A stretch of DNA of 64,000 bases, from assembly GCA_013042915.1 (NCBI GenBank), contig JABDPF010000077.1, positions 2,676 through 66,675 of the forward strand, written 5' to 3'. Made by a program: the position numbers and the translations under genes. Source of the stretch: Lysobacterales bacterium (GTDB lineage Bacteria; Pseudomonadota; Gammaproteobacteria; Xanthomonadales; SZUA-36). The notes beneath the pieces were generated by a model, which was not told where the DNA came from, ran no database searches, and saw only the letters and a list, made by a program, of their open reading frames with translations. This document shows, piece by piece, positions 38,044-48,137 of the stretch (position 1 is its first letter; each line of letters begins with the position of its first letter).

Positions 38044-38411
38044 CAATCCAAGTCGCTTTCCGGCTGGTTGAGGCCAGCCGGAAAGCTGCCCGGGATCAGG
38101 GAGCGTGGACGAGGAGTGTCAACTGATTTTCCGGGCAATATGACCGCGGTTGTCCGCTGTTGCGACCAGACCTATGGCAAGTATGAAAACAGGAGGGATT
38201 ATTCAGCCCATCCCTGGGCCTCACCCTTCGGGCTCGCGGCCCGCTTAGCGGCCCGTCTCGTTAAAACTCGCTCCCGGCGAATTATTGATGAAAACCATCC
38301 TGGTTTTCACCCTTGGGGCGCACTTCGTGCGTCCAAATTTGTTCCCGACAAATTTGTCGAACCCTCAGGCAGCTGCGCTGCCAAGGGTTCCACATCCCGA
38401 CCGTTCCAACA

Positions 38412-38450
38412 GAAATAGAAAAGCCCGCGCGAGGCGGGCTTTTCTATTTC
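38412..38450 (-). terminator. Rho-independent terminator immediately after tRNA-Ser
   Basis: GAAATAGAAAAGCCCGC-loop-GCGGGCTTTTCTATTTC is a 17 bp perfect stem with a U-rich 3-prime arm. Confidence 0.7.
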
Positions 38451-38543
38451 TGGCGGAGAGGGAGGGATTCGAACCCTCGAAGGGCCTTTTAAACCCTTAC
38501 TCCCTTAGCAGGGGAGCGCCTTCAGCCACTCGGCCACCTCTCC
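38451..38543 (-). tRNA. tRNA-Ser (anticodon GCU)
   Basis: Minus-strand sequence GGAGAGGTGGCCGAGTGGCTGAAGGCGCTCCCCTGCTAAGGGAG...GAGGGTTCGAATCCCTCCCTCTCCGCCA. It has a 7 bp acceptor stem, anticodon loop CU-GCU-AA, a long variable arm, a TPsiC arm GAGGG/CCCTC and an encoded CCA. Confidence 0.95.
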
Positions 38544-38742
38544 AGAAATCGTATTTTGCGAGCCACTATCAAGTTGGCTCCTGGCGCTCCCAGGAAGCGC
38601 GTTATTCCGGGCATCCTGCCCTCCACCCCTGCGGGGCTGGCTATTTTATACGCAATGGATGGGCAATAACAGGCTCAATGCCGGTTTTTTGGCGACGCCG
38701 AATTGCAGCAGGAGCCGCAACGGCGAACGGGGCTGGAATTCC

Positions 38743-38943
38743 TTATTGGTCGTCGGTGGGGGTGCCGGCGGCGTCGCTGCGTTCCTTGAGAATCCGCTGG
38801 TAAATCTCTTCGCGGTGCACCTGGACTTCGGGCGGCGCTTCGATGCCGATCCGAATCTGGTTGCCCTTTACTCCAAGGACCGTGACGGTAACCGTGTCAC
38901 CAATGACAAGCTTTTCTCCAATTCGCCTTGTCAAAATAAGCAT
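38743..38943 (-). CDS. csrA: Carbon storage regulator CsrA
   Basis: [51 protein letters not shown] is near-identical to canonical CsrA. Confidence 0.97.
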   Translation of the reverse strand: MLILTRRIGEKLVIGDTVTVTVLGVKGNQIRIGIEAPPEVQVHREEIYQRILKERSDAAGTPTDDQ

Positions 38944-39094
38944 AACAACCTTCCTTTGGTTTCGGACACTTCATGTATCCGCGCATTTTTTCTCTTTTAC
39001 GCTTATGCCAAAACCATTCGCGAGACGTTTAAAAGCACCGCACGGGCTCGTGCCCTTGCGATGCGCCATTCCCTTCATTGTGAATCGGCCCCGG

Positions 39095-41740
39095 TCAGCT
39101 GTTGTCGCCTACCCAATCGCGGACTGATTCGAGCGCCCCATCCAGATTTTCCGGCTGGGACCCGCCGGCTTGGGCAAAATCGGGTCGTCCTCCTCCCCTG
39201 CCGCCGACTTGTTCTGCAACGAAGTTTACCAGATTGCCTGCCTGAATCCGACTTGTCAGATCCTTGCTCACTCCGGCTGCGAGTCTGACCTTACCATCTC
39301 CTGCGCCGCCGATCACTACCACGGCCGACCCAAGGCGGTCTTTTAGGCGATCAACGGTATCTCGCAAGGCTTTCGGATCGACGTCGTCGAGCCGCGCGGA
39401 CAACACCTTGAAGCCGTTGACCTCCTCGGCGCTGTCCACCAGTTCGTCGCCGCTGGCGCTGGCCATTTTAGACTTGAGTTCGGCAATCTCTTTTTCCATC
39501 GCTTTGCCGCGCTCGAGCATCTGGCGCAACCGGTCCTCGACGGCATCGGTGCCGACTTTCAGCACACGGGCCAGGTCTTTGAGCTGGCGGTCCACGGTCT
39601 GGATCTGATCCACTGCCGCATCACCGGCCACGGCGACGATACGACGGATGCCCGCAGCGATGGCGGATTCCTCCACGATTTTGAACTGGCCGATGTCGCC
39701 GACGCGCCTCACGTGCGTGCCGCCACACAGCTCGGTGGAAAAATCGCCGAACTTCACGACCCGCACGCGGTCGCCGTATTTCTCGCCGAACAGCGCGGTG
39801 GCGCCGGTTTTCAGCGCGTCATCGAAATTCATCACATCGACGGCGGAATCGGGGTTCACTCGGATCTGCTGGTTGACCAGGCGTTCGATTTCGATCAGTT
39901 CGCCCTCGCTCACCGCGCGCGGGTGGGTGAAGTCGAAGCGCAGGTGGTCCGGTGCCACCAGGGATCCGCGCTGCTCGACGTGATCGCCCAGCACCTGTTT
40001 GAGCGCCGCGTGCATCAGGTGAGTTGCCGAATGGTGCAGTACGATGGACTGGCGGCGCTCGTCGTCAATGATGGCGTCAATCGTATTACCGGTTTGAAGG
40101 GAGCCGCGCAGCATTTGGCCCACATGGGCGTGGAACACCCCGGCCAGCTTGATGGTGTCTTCTACATTGAACTCCGTCGTGCCATCCCTAAGCGTTCCCT
40201 TGTCGCCCACCTGGCCGCCGGATTCAGCGTAGAACGGCGTGTTGTCCAGCAGCACAATGCCTTCCGCGCCCGGGTCCAGCGTATTGACGACCTGGCCGTC
40301 CACGAGGATGGCGACCACCTTGCAGTTCTCGGCCTCGACTTTCTCGTAGCCCAGGAATTGTGTCGGCACGATGTCTCTGACCACGTCGGCCGAGATTTGC
40401 GCCTGCTGGGAAAACTTGCCGGCCGAGCGGGCGCGTTCCTGCTGACGGGTCATCTCGGACTTGAAGCCTTCCTCGTCGACAGTCATGTCGTTTTCGCGGG
40501 CGATATCCTGCGTCAGGTCAAGCGGAAATCCGTAGGTGTCATACAGCAGGAACGCCGATGCGCCGTCGATGACCCCGGATTTGGCCTCGCCTGCCTTTTC
40601 CATCACACCCTTGAGAATACCCATGCCCATATCCAGCGTGCGCGAGAAGCGCTGCTCTTCCTCGAGCAGAGTGTTCTCGATCTGCTCGCCCTTGCGGATC
40701 AACTCGGGATAGGCATCGCCCATCTCGCCGGCCAGCGGCGCGACCATCTTGTGAAAGAAGGGCTTCTTCATGCCCAGTTTGTAACCGTGGCGAATCGCGC
40801 GGCGGATGATACGGCGCAACACGTAGCCGCGGCCGTCACGCGAGGGCACGATGCCGTCGGCTATCAAAAAGGCGCAGGCGCGGATGTGATCGGCAATCAC
40901 GTTGAGCGAGGCGTTGCCGTTGTTCTCGGAACCGGTCACTTCGGCGGCCGCGCGCACCAGGGCTTGCATCAGGTCGATCCGGTAATTGCTGTTTTCATGC
41001 TGCAACACCGCGGCCAGGCGCTCCAGGCCCATGCCGGTGTCCACGCAGGGCGCGGGTAACGGGGCCATAGTGCCGTCGGCTGCCCGGTCGAACTGCATGA
41101 ACACCAGGTTCCAGATTTCGATGTAGCGGTCTCCGTCCTCGTCATGAGACCCCGGGGGTCCGCCCTGGTAATCGGGGCCGTGGTCGTAAAAGATTTCCGA
41201 ACAGGGGCCGCAAGGGCCGGTGTCGCCCATCGCCCAGAAGTTGTCGCTCTCGTACTTCGGCTTGCCGGGCTTGTCGCCGATTCGGACGATTCGGTCTTGC
41301 GGAACGCCCACCTGGTCTCTCCAGATGCCGTAGGCCTCGTCGTCGGTTTCGTACACGGTGACCCACAGTTTGTCGCCGTCCAGGCCGTAGACGTTGGTCA
41401 TCAACTCCCAGGCATACAGGATGGCGCCTTCCTTGAAGTAATCGCCGAAGCTGAAGTTGCCCAGCATTTCGAAGAAGGTGTGATGACGGGCGGTGTAGCC
41501 CACCTGGTCGAGGTCGTTGTGTTTGCCGCCGGCGCGCACGCATTTCTGCGAGGAGGCCGCCCGCGTGTAAGATCGCTTCTCCGCGCCCAGGAACACGTCT
41601 TTGAACTGGTTCATGCCCGCGTTGGTAAACAACAGGGTCGGGTCTTCGGCCGGCACCAGCGAGCTGGAACGGACCACTTCGTGGCCCTTGTCGGCGAAGA
41701 ATTGAAGAAAGTCCCGGCGGATCTCGGCGGTGGATTTCAT
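39095..41740 (-). CDS. alaS: Alanine--tRNA ligase
   Basis: From the ATG at 41740: [23 protein letters not shown]. Full-length class II AlaRS. The track start at 41764 adds 8 unsupported residues. Confidence 0.95.
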   Translation of the reverse strand: MKSTAEIRRDFLQFFADKGHEVVRSSSLVPAEDPTLLFTNAGMNQFKDVFLGAEKRSYTRAASSQKCVRAGGKHNDLDQVGYTARHHTFFEMLGNFSFGDYFKEGAILYAWELMTNVYGLDGDKLWVTVYETDDEAYGIWRDQVGVPQDRIVRIGDKPGKPKYESDNFWAMGDTGPCGPCSEIFYDHGPDYQGGPPGSHDEDGDRYIEIWNLVFMQFDRAADGTMAPLPAPCVDTGMGLERLAAVLQHENSNYRIDLMQALVRAAAEVTGSENNGNASLNVIADHIRACAFLIADGIVPSRDGRGYVLRRIIRRAIRHGYKLGMKKPFFHKMVAPLAGEMGDAYPELIRKGEQIENTLLEEEQRFSRTLDMGMGILKGVMEKAGEAKSGVIDGASAFLLYDTYGFPLDLTQDIARENDMTVDEEGFKSEMTRQQERARSAGKFSQQAQISADVVRDIVPTQFLGYEKVEAENCKVVAILVDGQVVNTLDPGAEGIVLLDNTPFYAESGGQVGDKGTLRDGTTEFNVEDTIKLAGVFHAHVGQMLRGSLQTGNTIDAIIDDERRQSIVLHHSATHLMHAALKQVLGDHVEQRGSLVAPDHLRFDFTHPRAVSEGELIEIERLVNQQIRVNPDSAVDVMNFDDALKTGATALFGEKYGDRVRVVKFGDFSTELCGGTHVRRVGDIGQFKIVEESAIAAGIRRIVAVAGDAAVDQIQTVDRQLKDLARVLKVGTDAVEDRLRQMLERGKAMEKEIAELKSKMASASGDELVDSAEEVNGFKVLSARLDDVDPKALRDTVDRLKDRLGSAVVVIGGAGDGKVRLAAGVSKDLTSRIQAGNLVNFVAEQVGGRGGGRPDFAQAGGSQPENLDGALESVRDWVGDNS

Positions 41741-41871
41741 TTCGGCAGAACCTGTTGTTTTCAATAGTCGTTATGTGAATGCGGAGTGTACCTAAAGCAA
41801 GGGGGAATCGGTATGGGAGATCGAAATTTGGATGCCGCCAATTGATCCGGAAAGTACGGAGTGCAGCCCGA

Positions 41872-42020
41872 TTTTCCTGGACCCGACCATGCTGCCGTAC
41901 GCCCCTCCCAAGGAACGCTTGGCAGGCCGCACGTTCCTGTGTCGCTTGGATTCGCACTTCCTGTGCTCATACATCCCTGGAAGGGGCGTACGGCAACATG
42001 GCCTGGAGTGGGTCCCGGGT
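41872..42020. repeat. Palindromic intergenic element (family copy C, related to 18905-19030)
   Basis: The arm GACCATGCTGCCGTACGCCCCTCCCAAGG pairs with CCCTGGAAGGGGCGTACGGCAACATGGCC. The core TCCTGTGTCGCTTGG...CATACATCCCTGGAAGGGG parallels TCCTGTATCGCTTGT...CATACACCCCTGAAAGGGG in copy A. Confidence 0.55.
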
Positions 42021-42126
42021 TGGGCATGGAGACCCCAACTGCAGGAGGCCCCTTGGCGCCGACTGAGGGAGGCGGGTCGGAGATAATTTTGGCGCCGGGA
42101 GTTACCCTTCGGCCGCGAGGGAACTT

Positions 42127-42609
42127 CTACGTATTTCGGGCCATGGCTTCCATGGCCTGGGCGTGGGTGAAGCCGCGGTTGGCCAGGCGGCGATAGTATT
42201 TTTTCTTGAGGTCGTAGTCGATGGGGCCGGTGTGCTGGCGTTGCAGCCATTCGCTGGCGAGGTCGCTCCACTCGCCGGCGTGGGCTTCGAGTTGCATCGA
42301 GACCAGCGCATCGTCGACGCGCTTGTCTCGCAGGCCGGCCTTGATCTTCAGGGGGCCCTGGTAGCGGCTGATGCGCGAGCGGACGAAGGACTCGACGAAG
42401 CGTTCGTCGGAAAGCAGGTTTTCTTGCTGCAGTGCTTCGAGCAGTTCCCCGATCAATTCGTCGATACCCTCGGCCTCGCTCCATTTCATGCGCATGCGCT
42501 GCCCGAGTTCGTGCACGCTGTATTCGCGCCGGCCGAGCACGCGATAAGCAAACGCCCGCAGCTCGGTGGCCTCCGGCGTTTGGGTGGGATCCGCTTTGGA
42601 GCGGCTCAT
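42127..42609 (-). CDS. recX: Recombination regulator RecX
   Basis: 160 aa helical-repeat protein immediately downstream of recA. N-terminal AFAYRVLGRREYSVHEL is typical of RecX. Confidence 0.85.
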   Translation of the reverse strand: MSRSKADPTQTPEATELRAFAYRVLGRREYSVHELGQRMRMKWSEAEGIDELIGELLEALQQENLLSDERFVESFVRSRISRYQGPLKIKAGLRDKRVDDALVSMQLEAHAGEWSDLASEWLQRQHTGPIDYDLKKKYYRRLANRGFTHAQAMEAMARNT

Positions 42610-42613
42610 CGCG

Positions 42614-43657
<1,044 letters not shown>

Positions 43658-43829
43658 GTTCCTCTCCGTGTATTCGGCGTTGTTTTATGTTCCACATCGT
43701 GCCTTCGAAAGGCCCGATGGCGGCTCTACCCGAGCGCGGCGTGGAGGCAATTATGACACAGCCCCCGGCCGCGCTTCAGCCCCGATTGCGGGGCGGGAAT
43801 ATTTCCTACCCGCGTCTCGGAAAATCCCG

Positions 43830-44357
43830 TTAAGAAACGGCTTTCCAGCGGGCAATGTCACGATAAATCACTCCGCGGTTCACGCTGACTGACTCGACCA
43901 GGCTGAATCCGTCCAACCGCCACCTCACCGCGACAGGGGCCATTGTCGGCGGCGGCGTTCTCAATTTGCGATAAAGGGTGAGGTGCAGTTTCCAGGGCTT
44001 GCGATCGTAGCCGATACCGGCCGCCAGCAGCGCATCGACCAGTCGGTGCTGAAACCCAGCCAGTTCCCGGGACAACTCGCTGGCGCCCAGCCACAGCACG
44101 CCGGCCCGTTTGAACCGCCCCTGACGGTCGAGAACGACCTCACAGGAGGGAAACGGCACCGAAGCGGCCACCTCGCAGACATCCGGGATCGCGGCGACGT
44201 CCTGCATTCCAAGGAACGCGAGCGTGACATGAAAATTCTCTGGGGGCACGGCCCGGCCTTGCACGCCCAAATCGCGTTGCAAGGCGGCCACTTCGGCGCG
44301 CACCCGCCGGCTGGGATTCAGGGCAAAAAACAGGCGCTTGCGGTCGGCCCGGTTCAC
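43830..44357 (-). CDS. thpR: RNA 2',3'-cyclic phosphodiesterase (2H family, ThpR/LigT)
   Basis: Two HxTx motifs (HVTLAFLG, HLTLYR). The GTG at 44357 overlaps the pncC stop as GTGA and gives 175 aa. The track start at 44435 lies inside pncC. Confidence 0.8.
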   Translation of the reverse strand: MNRADRKRLFFALNPSRRVRAEVAALQRDLGVQGRAVPPENFHVTLAFLGMQDVAAIPDVCEVAASVPFPSCEVVLDRQGRFKRAGVLWLGASELSRELAGFQHRLVDALLAAGIGYDRKPWKLHLTLYRKLRTPPPTMAPVAVRWRLDGFSLVESVSVNRGVIYRDIARWKAVS

Positions 44358-44845
44358 AGGCGTTCGATCATCCCCCGCAACGCATGGGCAACGGTCTGGC
44401 GGCGCACGGCCTCGCGGCCGCCGGCAAAGGTGCAAATCTCGCTGTCAACCCTGTCTTCCAAGGCCCAGGCGAACCACACGGTGCCCACGGGTTTGTCCGG
44501 CATGCCGCCTCCCGGGCCGGCGATACCGGTGACGGCGAGGGCCAGGTCGGCCCGGGAATGTCCAACGGCACCTCTGGCCATCTGCCGGGCCACGACCTCG
44601 CTGACAGCTCCCTGCGATTCGAGTTCAACGGCGTCGACACCGAGCACCTCGCGCTTGGACGCGTAGCTGTAGCAGACAAAGCCACGCTCGAACCAGCTTG
44701 AACTGCCCGCGATGTCTGTGCAGCACTTGGCTATCCAGCCTCCCGTGCAGGATTCAGCGGTCGCCAGGCGGCGGCCCGACGCAATCAAGGCTTCGGCCAA
44801 CTGCTTGGCCAGGCCCTCCAGGACCCTGTCGTCTGCTCGTGTCAT
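44354..44845 (-). CDS. pncC: Nicotinamide-nucleotide amidohydrolase (CinA C-terminal domain, PncC)
   Basis: [13 protein letters not shown] motif. Conserved position upstream of recA, as in enterobacterial ygaD/pncC. Confidence 0.85.
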   Translation of the reverse strand: MTRADDRVLEGLAKQLAEALIASGRRLATAESCTGGWIAKCCTDIAGSSSWFERGFVCYSYASKREVLGVDAVELESQGAVSEVVARQMARGAVGHSRADLALAVTGIAGPGGGMPDKPVGTVWFAWALEDRVDSEICTFAGGREAVRRQTVAHALRGMIERL

Positions 44846-44907
44846 TTTGGCGTAGCGCGTTCCTGTCCGTGTTGGGCGTGGATGGACATTACGTTACACT
44901 TCTGCGG

Positions 44908-47487
44908 ATGCCATCTCCAGCCCCGTCCAAGGATTCCAAGTCCACCAAGCACACGCCCCTGATGCAGCAGTATTTCAGCGTCAAGGCGGACTTCCCGGAC
45001 ACCCTGTTGCTGTTTCGCATGGGCGATTTCTACGAGGTGTTTTACGACGACGCGCGCCGTGCCGCCGAATTGCTGGACATCACCTTGACCACCCGTGGTG
45101 AGTCGGGCGGCGCGCCCATTCCGATGGCGGGCGTTCCCTACCATGCGCTGGACAACTACCTCGCGCGCCTGGTGCGGCGGGGGGAATCCGCGGCAATCTG
45201 CGAGCAGGTGAGTGCACCCACCGGCAAGGGCCTGGTGGAGCGCAAGGTGGTCCGCGTGGTCACGCCGGGAACGCTCACCGAGGAAGCGCTGCTCGAGTCG
45301 CGCCAGGAAAACTTGTTGGCGGCGCTGGCCGGGGCGGACGGGGAATTTGCGCTGGCGTGGCTGGAACTGGCATCCGGCCGCTTCGTGGTTCGGCAGCTGG
45401 CTTCGATAAGCGAGGTCGAGGCCCAGCTCGAGCGGTTGCAGCCGGCCGAGTTGCTGGTCGCCGAAGACGCCTGCCTGGTGCTATCCAACGCGCGCCGGGT
45501 GCGGCAGCGCGCGCCCTGGAAGTTTGAATCGCGGCAATGCCGCAAGATGCTGCGCGAGCAGTTCCGAACCGCCGACCTGGTGGGTTTCGGCATCGATGAT
45601 CTTCCGCTGGCCATCAGCGCGGCCGGCGCCCTGCTGGATTACCTGCAGGAAACCCAGCGCACCGCCCTGCCCCATTTGCAGGGAATCCAGGTCGAGCAGG
45701 CCGACGAGTTTCTGCACCTCGACGCCATCAGCCGCCGCAACCTGGAAATCGAGACCAGCCTCGGCGGCGATCACCGGCACACACTGGTCGGCATCATGGA
45801 CTCATCGGTTACCGCCATGGGCGGGCGGTTGTTGCGCCGCTGGATCGGCAGCCCGCTGCAGAGGCGCGGGCGCCTGGCGCAGCGGCACGAGGCCGTCGGC
45901 GCCTTGCTCGACGAGCACGCCTGCGAGGGGTTTCGCGAGGAGCTTCGCGGCATGGGCGATGTCGAACGCATCCTGACGCGCGTGGCCCTCAAATCGGCCC
46001 GCCCGCGGGACCTGGCCACCTTGCGCCAGGCCCTGGCGGTGGTGCCGAGGTTGCGGGCCCTGGCGGAGAAGGGGGACGATGCCCTGCGATCCGCCGTTGG
46101 CCGGCTGCCGGCCTTTCCCGAACTGCACGACCTGTTGAAACGCGCCATCGTCGAGGAACCACCCATGCTGATTCGCGACGGCGGTGTGATCGCGCGCGGC
46201 TACGACGACGACCTGGACGAGCTGCGCGGCCTGTCCGAAAACGCCAGCGAGTTCCTGTTGGCTTACGAGAAAGAGCAGAAAGAAAAGACCGGCATCCCCA
46301 GCCTGAAGGTCGGTTATAACCGGGTGCACGGCTACTTCATCGAGGTCACCCATGCCCACCAGGCCCTGGTGCCCACCGAGTACACGCGCCGCCAGACCCT
46401 CAAAGCCGCCGAACGCTACATTACCGAGGAACTGAAGGTGTTCGAGGACAAGGTGCTGTCCAGCCGCGAGCGTGCGCTGGCGCGGGAAAAACACTGCTAC
46501 GAGCGGCTTTTGGAGATCCTCCTGGGCGAGATCGCGCCGCTGCAGGACCTGGCCACCCGGCTGGCCCGTCTCGACGTGCTGTGCGCCTTCGCCGAACGCG
46601 CCGGCAAACTGAACCTGGTGAAGCCGCGGATGACCGACAGCGAGGGACTGACGATCAGGGAGGGCCGCCACCCGGTGGTGGAACAGGTGCAGGACGAACC
46701 CTTCACGCCCAACGACATGCACCTGGACGAAGACACCCGGATGCTGATCATTACCGGGCCGAACATGGGCGGCAAATCCACCTACATGCGTCAGGCGGCC
46801 TTGATCGTGCTGCTGGCCCACGCGGGCAGCTGGGTGCCGGCGAAGGCGGCCGAAATAGGACCGGTAGACCGGATATTCACCCGCATCGGCGCCGGCGACG
46901 ACTTGGCCCACGGGCGATCCACCTTCATGGTGGAAATGTCGGAAACCGCCAACATCCTGCACAACGCGACCAGCCGAAGCCTGGTGCTGATGGACGAGAT
47001 CGGCCGCGGCACCAGCACCTACGACGGCCTGGCCCTGGCCTGGGCCAGCGCGGTGTACCTGGCTCGCCGGGTTGGCGCATACACGCTGTTCGCAACCCAC
47101 TATTTCGAACTCACGCGGCTCGAAGAGCGCGAAGCCTCGGTGGCCAACGTCCACCTGCGCGCCGTCGAGCACAAAGACCGTATCGTGTTCCTGCACTCCG
47201 TCGAACGCGGCCCGGCCAGCCAAAGCTATGGCCTGCAGGTAGCGGCCCTGGCCGGCGTGCCGAACGCGGTGCTCAAACAGGCCCGTAAACACCTGGCCCT
47301 GCTCGAGCAACAACAACGCGCCGAGGGCCCGCAACTGGGCCTGTTCGACCAGGGCGTGTACGACGAACACGAGGTAGAAGAAGACGAACGCGAGGACGCG
47401 CTGCGCGCGAAGATCGAGGCGATCGACCCTGACAGCCTCACACCCCGCGAAGCCCTCTCGCTGCTCTACGAACTGAAGGATCTGTAG
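44908..47487 (+). CDS. mutS: DNA mismatch repair protein MutS
   Basis: From the ATG at 44908: [45 protein letters not shown]. Walker [10 protein letters not shown]. 859 aa. The track start at 44698 overlaps pncC. Confidence 0.95.
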   Translation: MPSPAPSKDSKSTKHTPLMQQYFSVKADFPDTLLLFRMGDFYEVFYDDARRAAELLDITLTTRGESGGAPIPMAGVPYHALDNYLARLVRRGESAAICEQVSAPTGKGLVERKVVRVVTPGTLTEEALLESRQENLLAALAGADGEFALAWLELASGRFVVRQLASISEVEAQLERLQPAELLVAEDACLVLSNARRVRQRAPWKFESRQCRKMLREQFRTADLVGFGIDDLPLAISAAGALLDYLQETQRTALPHLQGIQVEQADEFLHLDAISRRNLEIETSLGGDHRHTLVGIMDSSVTAMGGRLLRRWIGSPLQRRGRLAQRHEAVGALLDEHACEGFREELRGMGDVERILTRVALKSARPRDLATLRQALAVVPRLRALAEKGDDALRSAVGRLPAFPELHDLLKRAIVEEPPMLIRDGGVIARGYDDDLDELRGLSENASEFLLAYEKEQKEKTGIPSLKVGYNRVHGYFIEVTHAHQALVPTEYTRRQTLKAAERYITEELKVFEDKVLSSRERALAREKHCYERLLEILLGEIAPLQDLATRLARLDVLCAFAERAGKLNLVKPRMTDSEGLTIREGRHPVVEQVQDEPFTPNDMHLDEDTRMLIITGPNMGGKSTYMRQAALIVLLAHAGSWVPAKAAEIGPVDRIFTRIGAGDDLAHGRSTFMVEMSETANILHNATSRSLVLMDEIGRGTSTYDGLALAWASAVYLARRVGAYTLFATHYFELTRLEEREASVANVHLRAVEHKDRIVFLHSVERGPASQSYGLQVAALAGVPNAVLKQARKHLALLEQQQRAEGPQLGLFDQGVYDEHEVEEDEREDALRAKIEAIDPDSLTPREALSLLYELKDL

Positions 47488-47547
47488 CTCCCCTGGGGCC
47501 AACCTGAACGCGACCATTGTGTCCTCTGAACCTGGCAAATTGATCGC

Positions 47548-47631
47548 TGTAGGAGCGATGTAAGTCGCGATCAAGCGCCAAGGATTGAAGCAACGGCACA
47601 ACCGTTCTTTTTCGCGACTTACGACGCTCCT
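47548..47631. repeat. REP-like inverted pair (GTAGGAGCG..TCGCGA type)
   Basis: AGGAGCGATGTAAGTCGCGA (47551-47570) versus the reverse complement of TCGCGACTTACGACGCTCCT (47612-47631) matches at 18/20 positions. It lies between the convergent mutS and hslR. Confidence 0.6.
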
Positions 47632-47645
47632 TCGTGGAGGGGAAG

Positions 47646-48032
47646 CTAGTCGCGTTTTCCCTTGAACCGGACGATCTGCCGGCGCTGGCGCTTGTCGGGG
47701 CGGCGCTGGCGGTCGCGGCGGGCCTGGTAGTCCAGTTTACGCTGTTCGGCGGCGGCCTCGCGGCGAGCCTTGGAATCGGGGTTTTCGGTATATTTTTCGG
47801 CGGCAAGGGCGGCCGAGATGCGGCGGTCGCCGGTGTCTTCGACCGTCACGATGAACTCGTCCTCGCCCCGGCGAATGGCAAGCACGTCGCCCGCCGAAAC
47901 GCTGCGTCCCGGCTTCACGCGCACACCCTCGATCTGCACCTTCCCGCCTTTGATGGCTTCACGCGCCAGCGAACGGGTGCGAAAGAACCGCGCGGCCCAG
48001 AGCCACTTGTCGATGCGGACTTTGTCGGTCAT
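47646..48032 (-). CDS. hslR: Ribosome-associated heat shock protein Hsp15 (S4 domain)
   Basis: VRIDKWLWAARFFRTRSLAREAIKGGKVQIEG is the canonical Hsp15 N-terminus, followed by a basic tail. Confidence 0.85.
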   Translation of the reverse strand: MTDKVRIDKWLWAARFFRTRSLAREAIKGGKVQIEGVRVKPGRSVSAGDVLAIRRGEDEFIVTVEDTGDRRISAALAAEKYTENPDSKARREAAAEQRKLDYQARRDRQRRPDKRQRRQIVRFKGKRD

Positions 48033-48111
48033 GTCCCGATTGTACTGTGATCGAAGGGAAGGTCGACCGTAGAAGCGGCCCTGGCCGCGAACAAGACTTG
48101 AGCGGAGCCGG

Positions 48112-48133
48112 TCGCGGCCGGGGCCGCTCCTAC
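48112..48133. repeat. Single REP-like unit
   Basis: TCGCGGCCGGGGCCGCTCCTAC follows the same TCGCG-N-CGCTCCTAC pattern as 47612-47631 and 50122-50144. Confidence 0.4.
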
Positions 48134-48137
48134 GAGA

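Noticed and set aside
38189-38206. 9-nt match (GGAGGGATT) to the 3-prime part of tRNA-Ser (38461-38469) as a possible att remnant
   Set aside because: It is too short to distinguish from chance, and no integrase or second boundary is present. It is mentioned only as a weak hint within the gap finding.
38285-38803. 172 aa plus-strand ORF
   Set aside because: It runs straight through the tRNA-Ser gene and its terminator and is antisense to csrA. It is not coding.
43658-43829. LexA SOS box (CTGT-N8-ACAG) upstream of recA
   Set aside because: There is no match on either strand; the closest is TGT-N10-ACA, which has the wrong spacing. Absence by eye is not proof, so no feature or finding was called.
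45802-47601. 599 aa minus-strand ORF. The same applies to 48153-49940(+), 53774-55405(-), 57006-58427(+), 39713-41059(+), 22148-23431(+), 52663-53949(+), 24899-25999(+) and 58223-59098(-).
   Set aside because: All are antisense to genes with unmistakable homology (mutS, htpG, ypjD/corC, radA, alaS, WS/DGAT, ffh, S9 peptidase) or, for 58223-59098(-), to the SD-supported acidic ORF and radA, and all have shadow-ORF composition.
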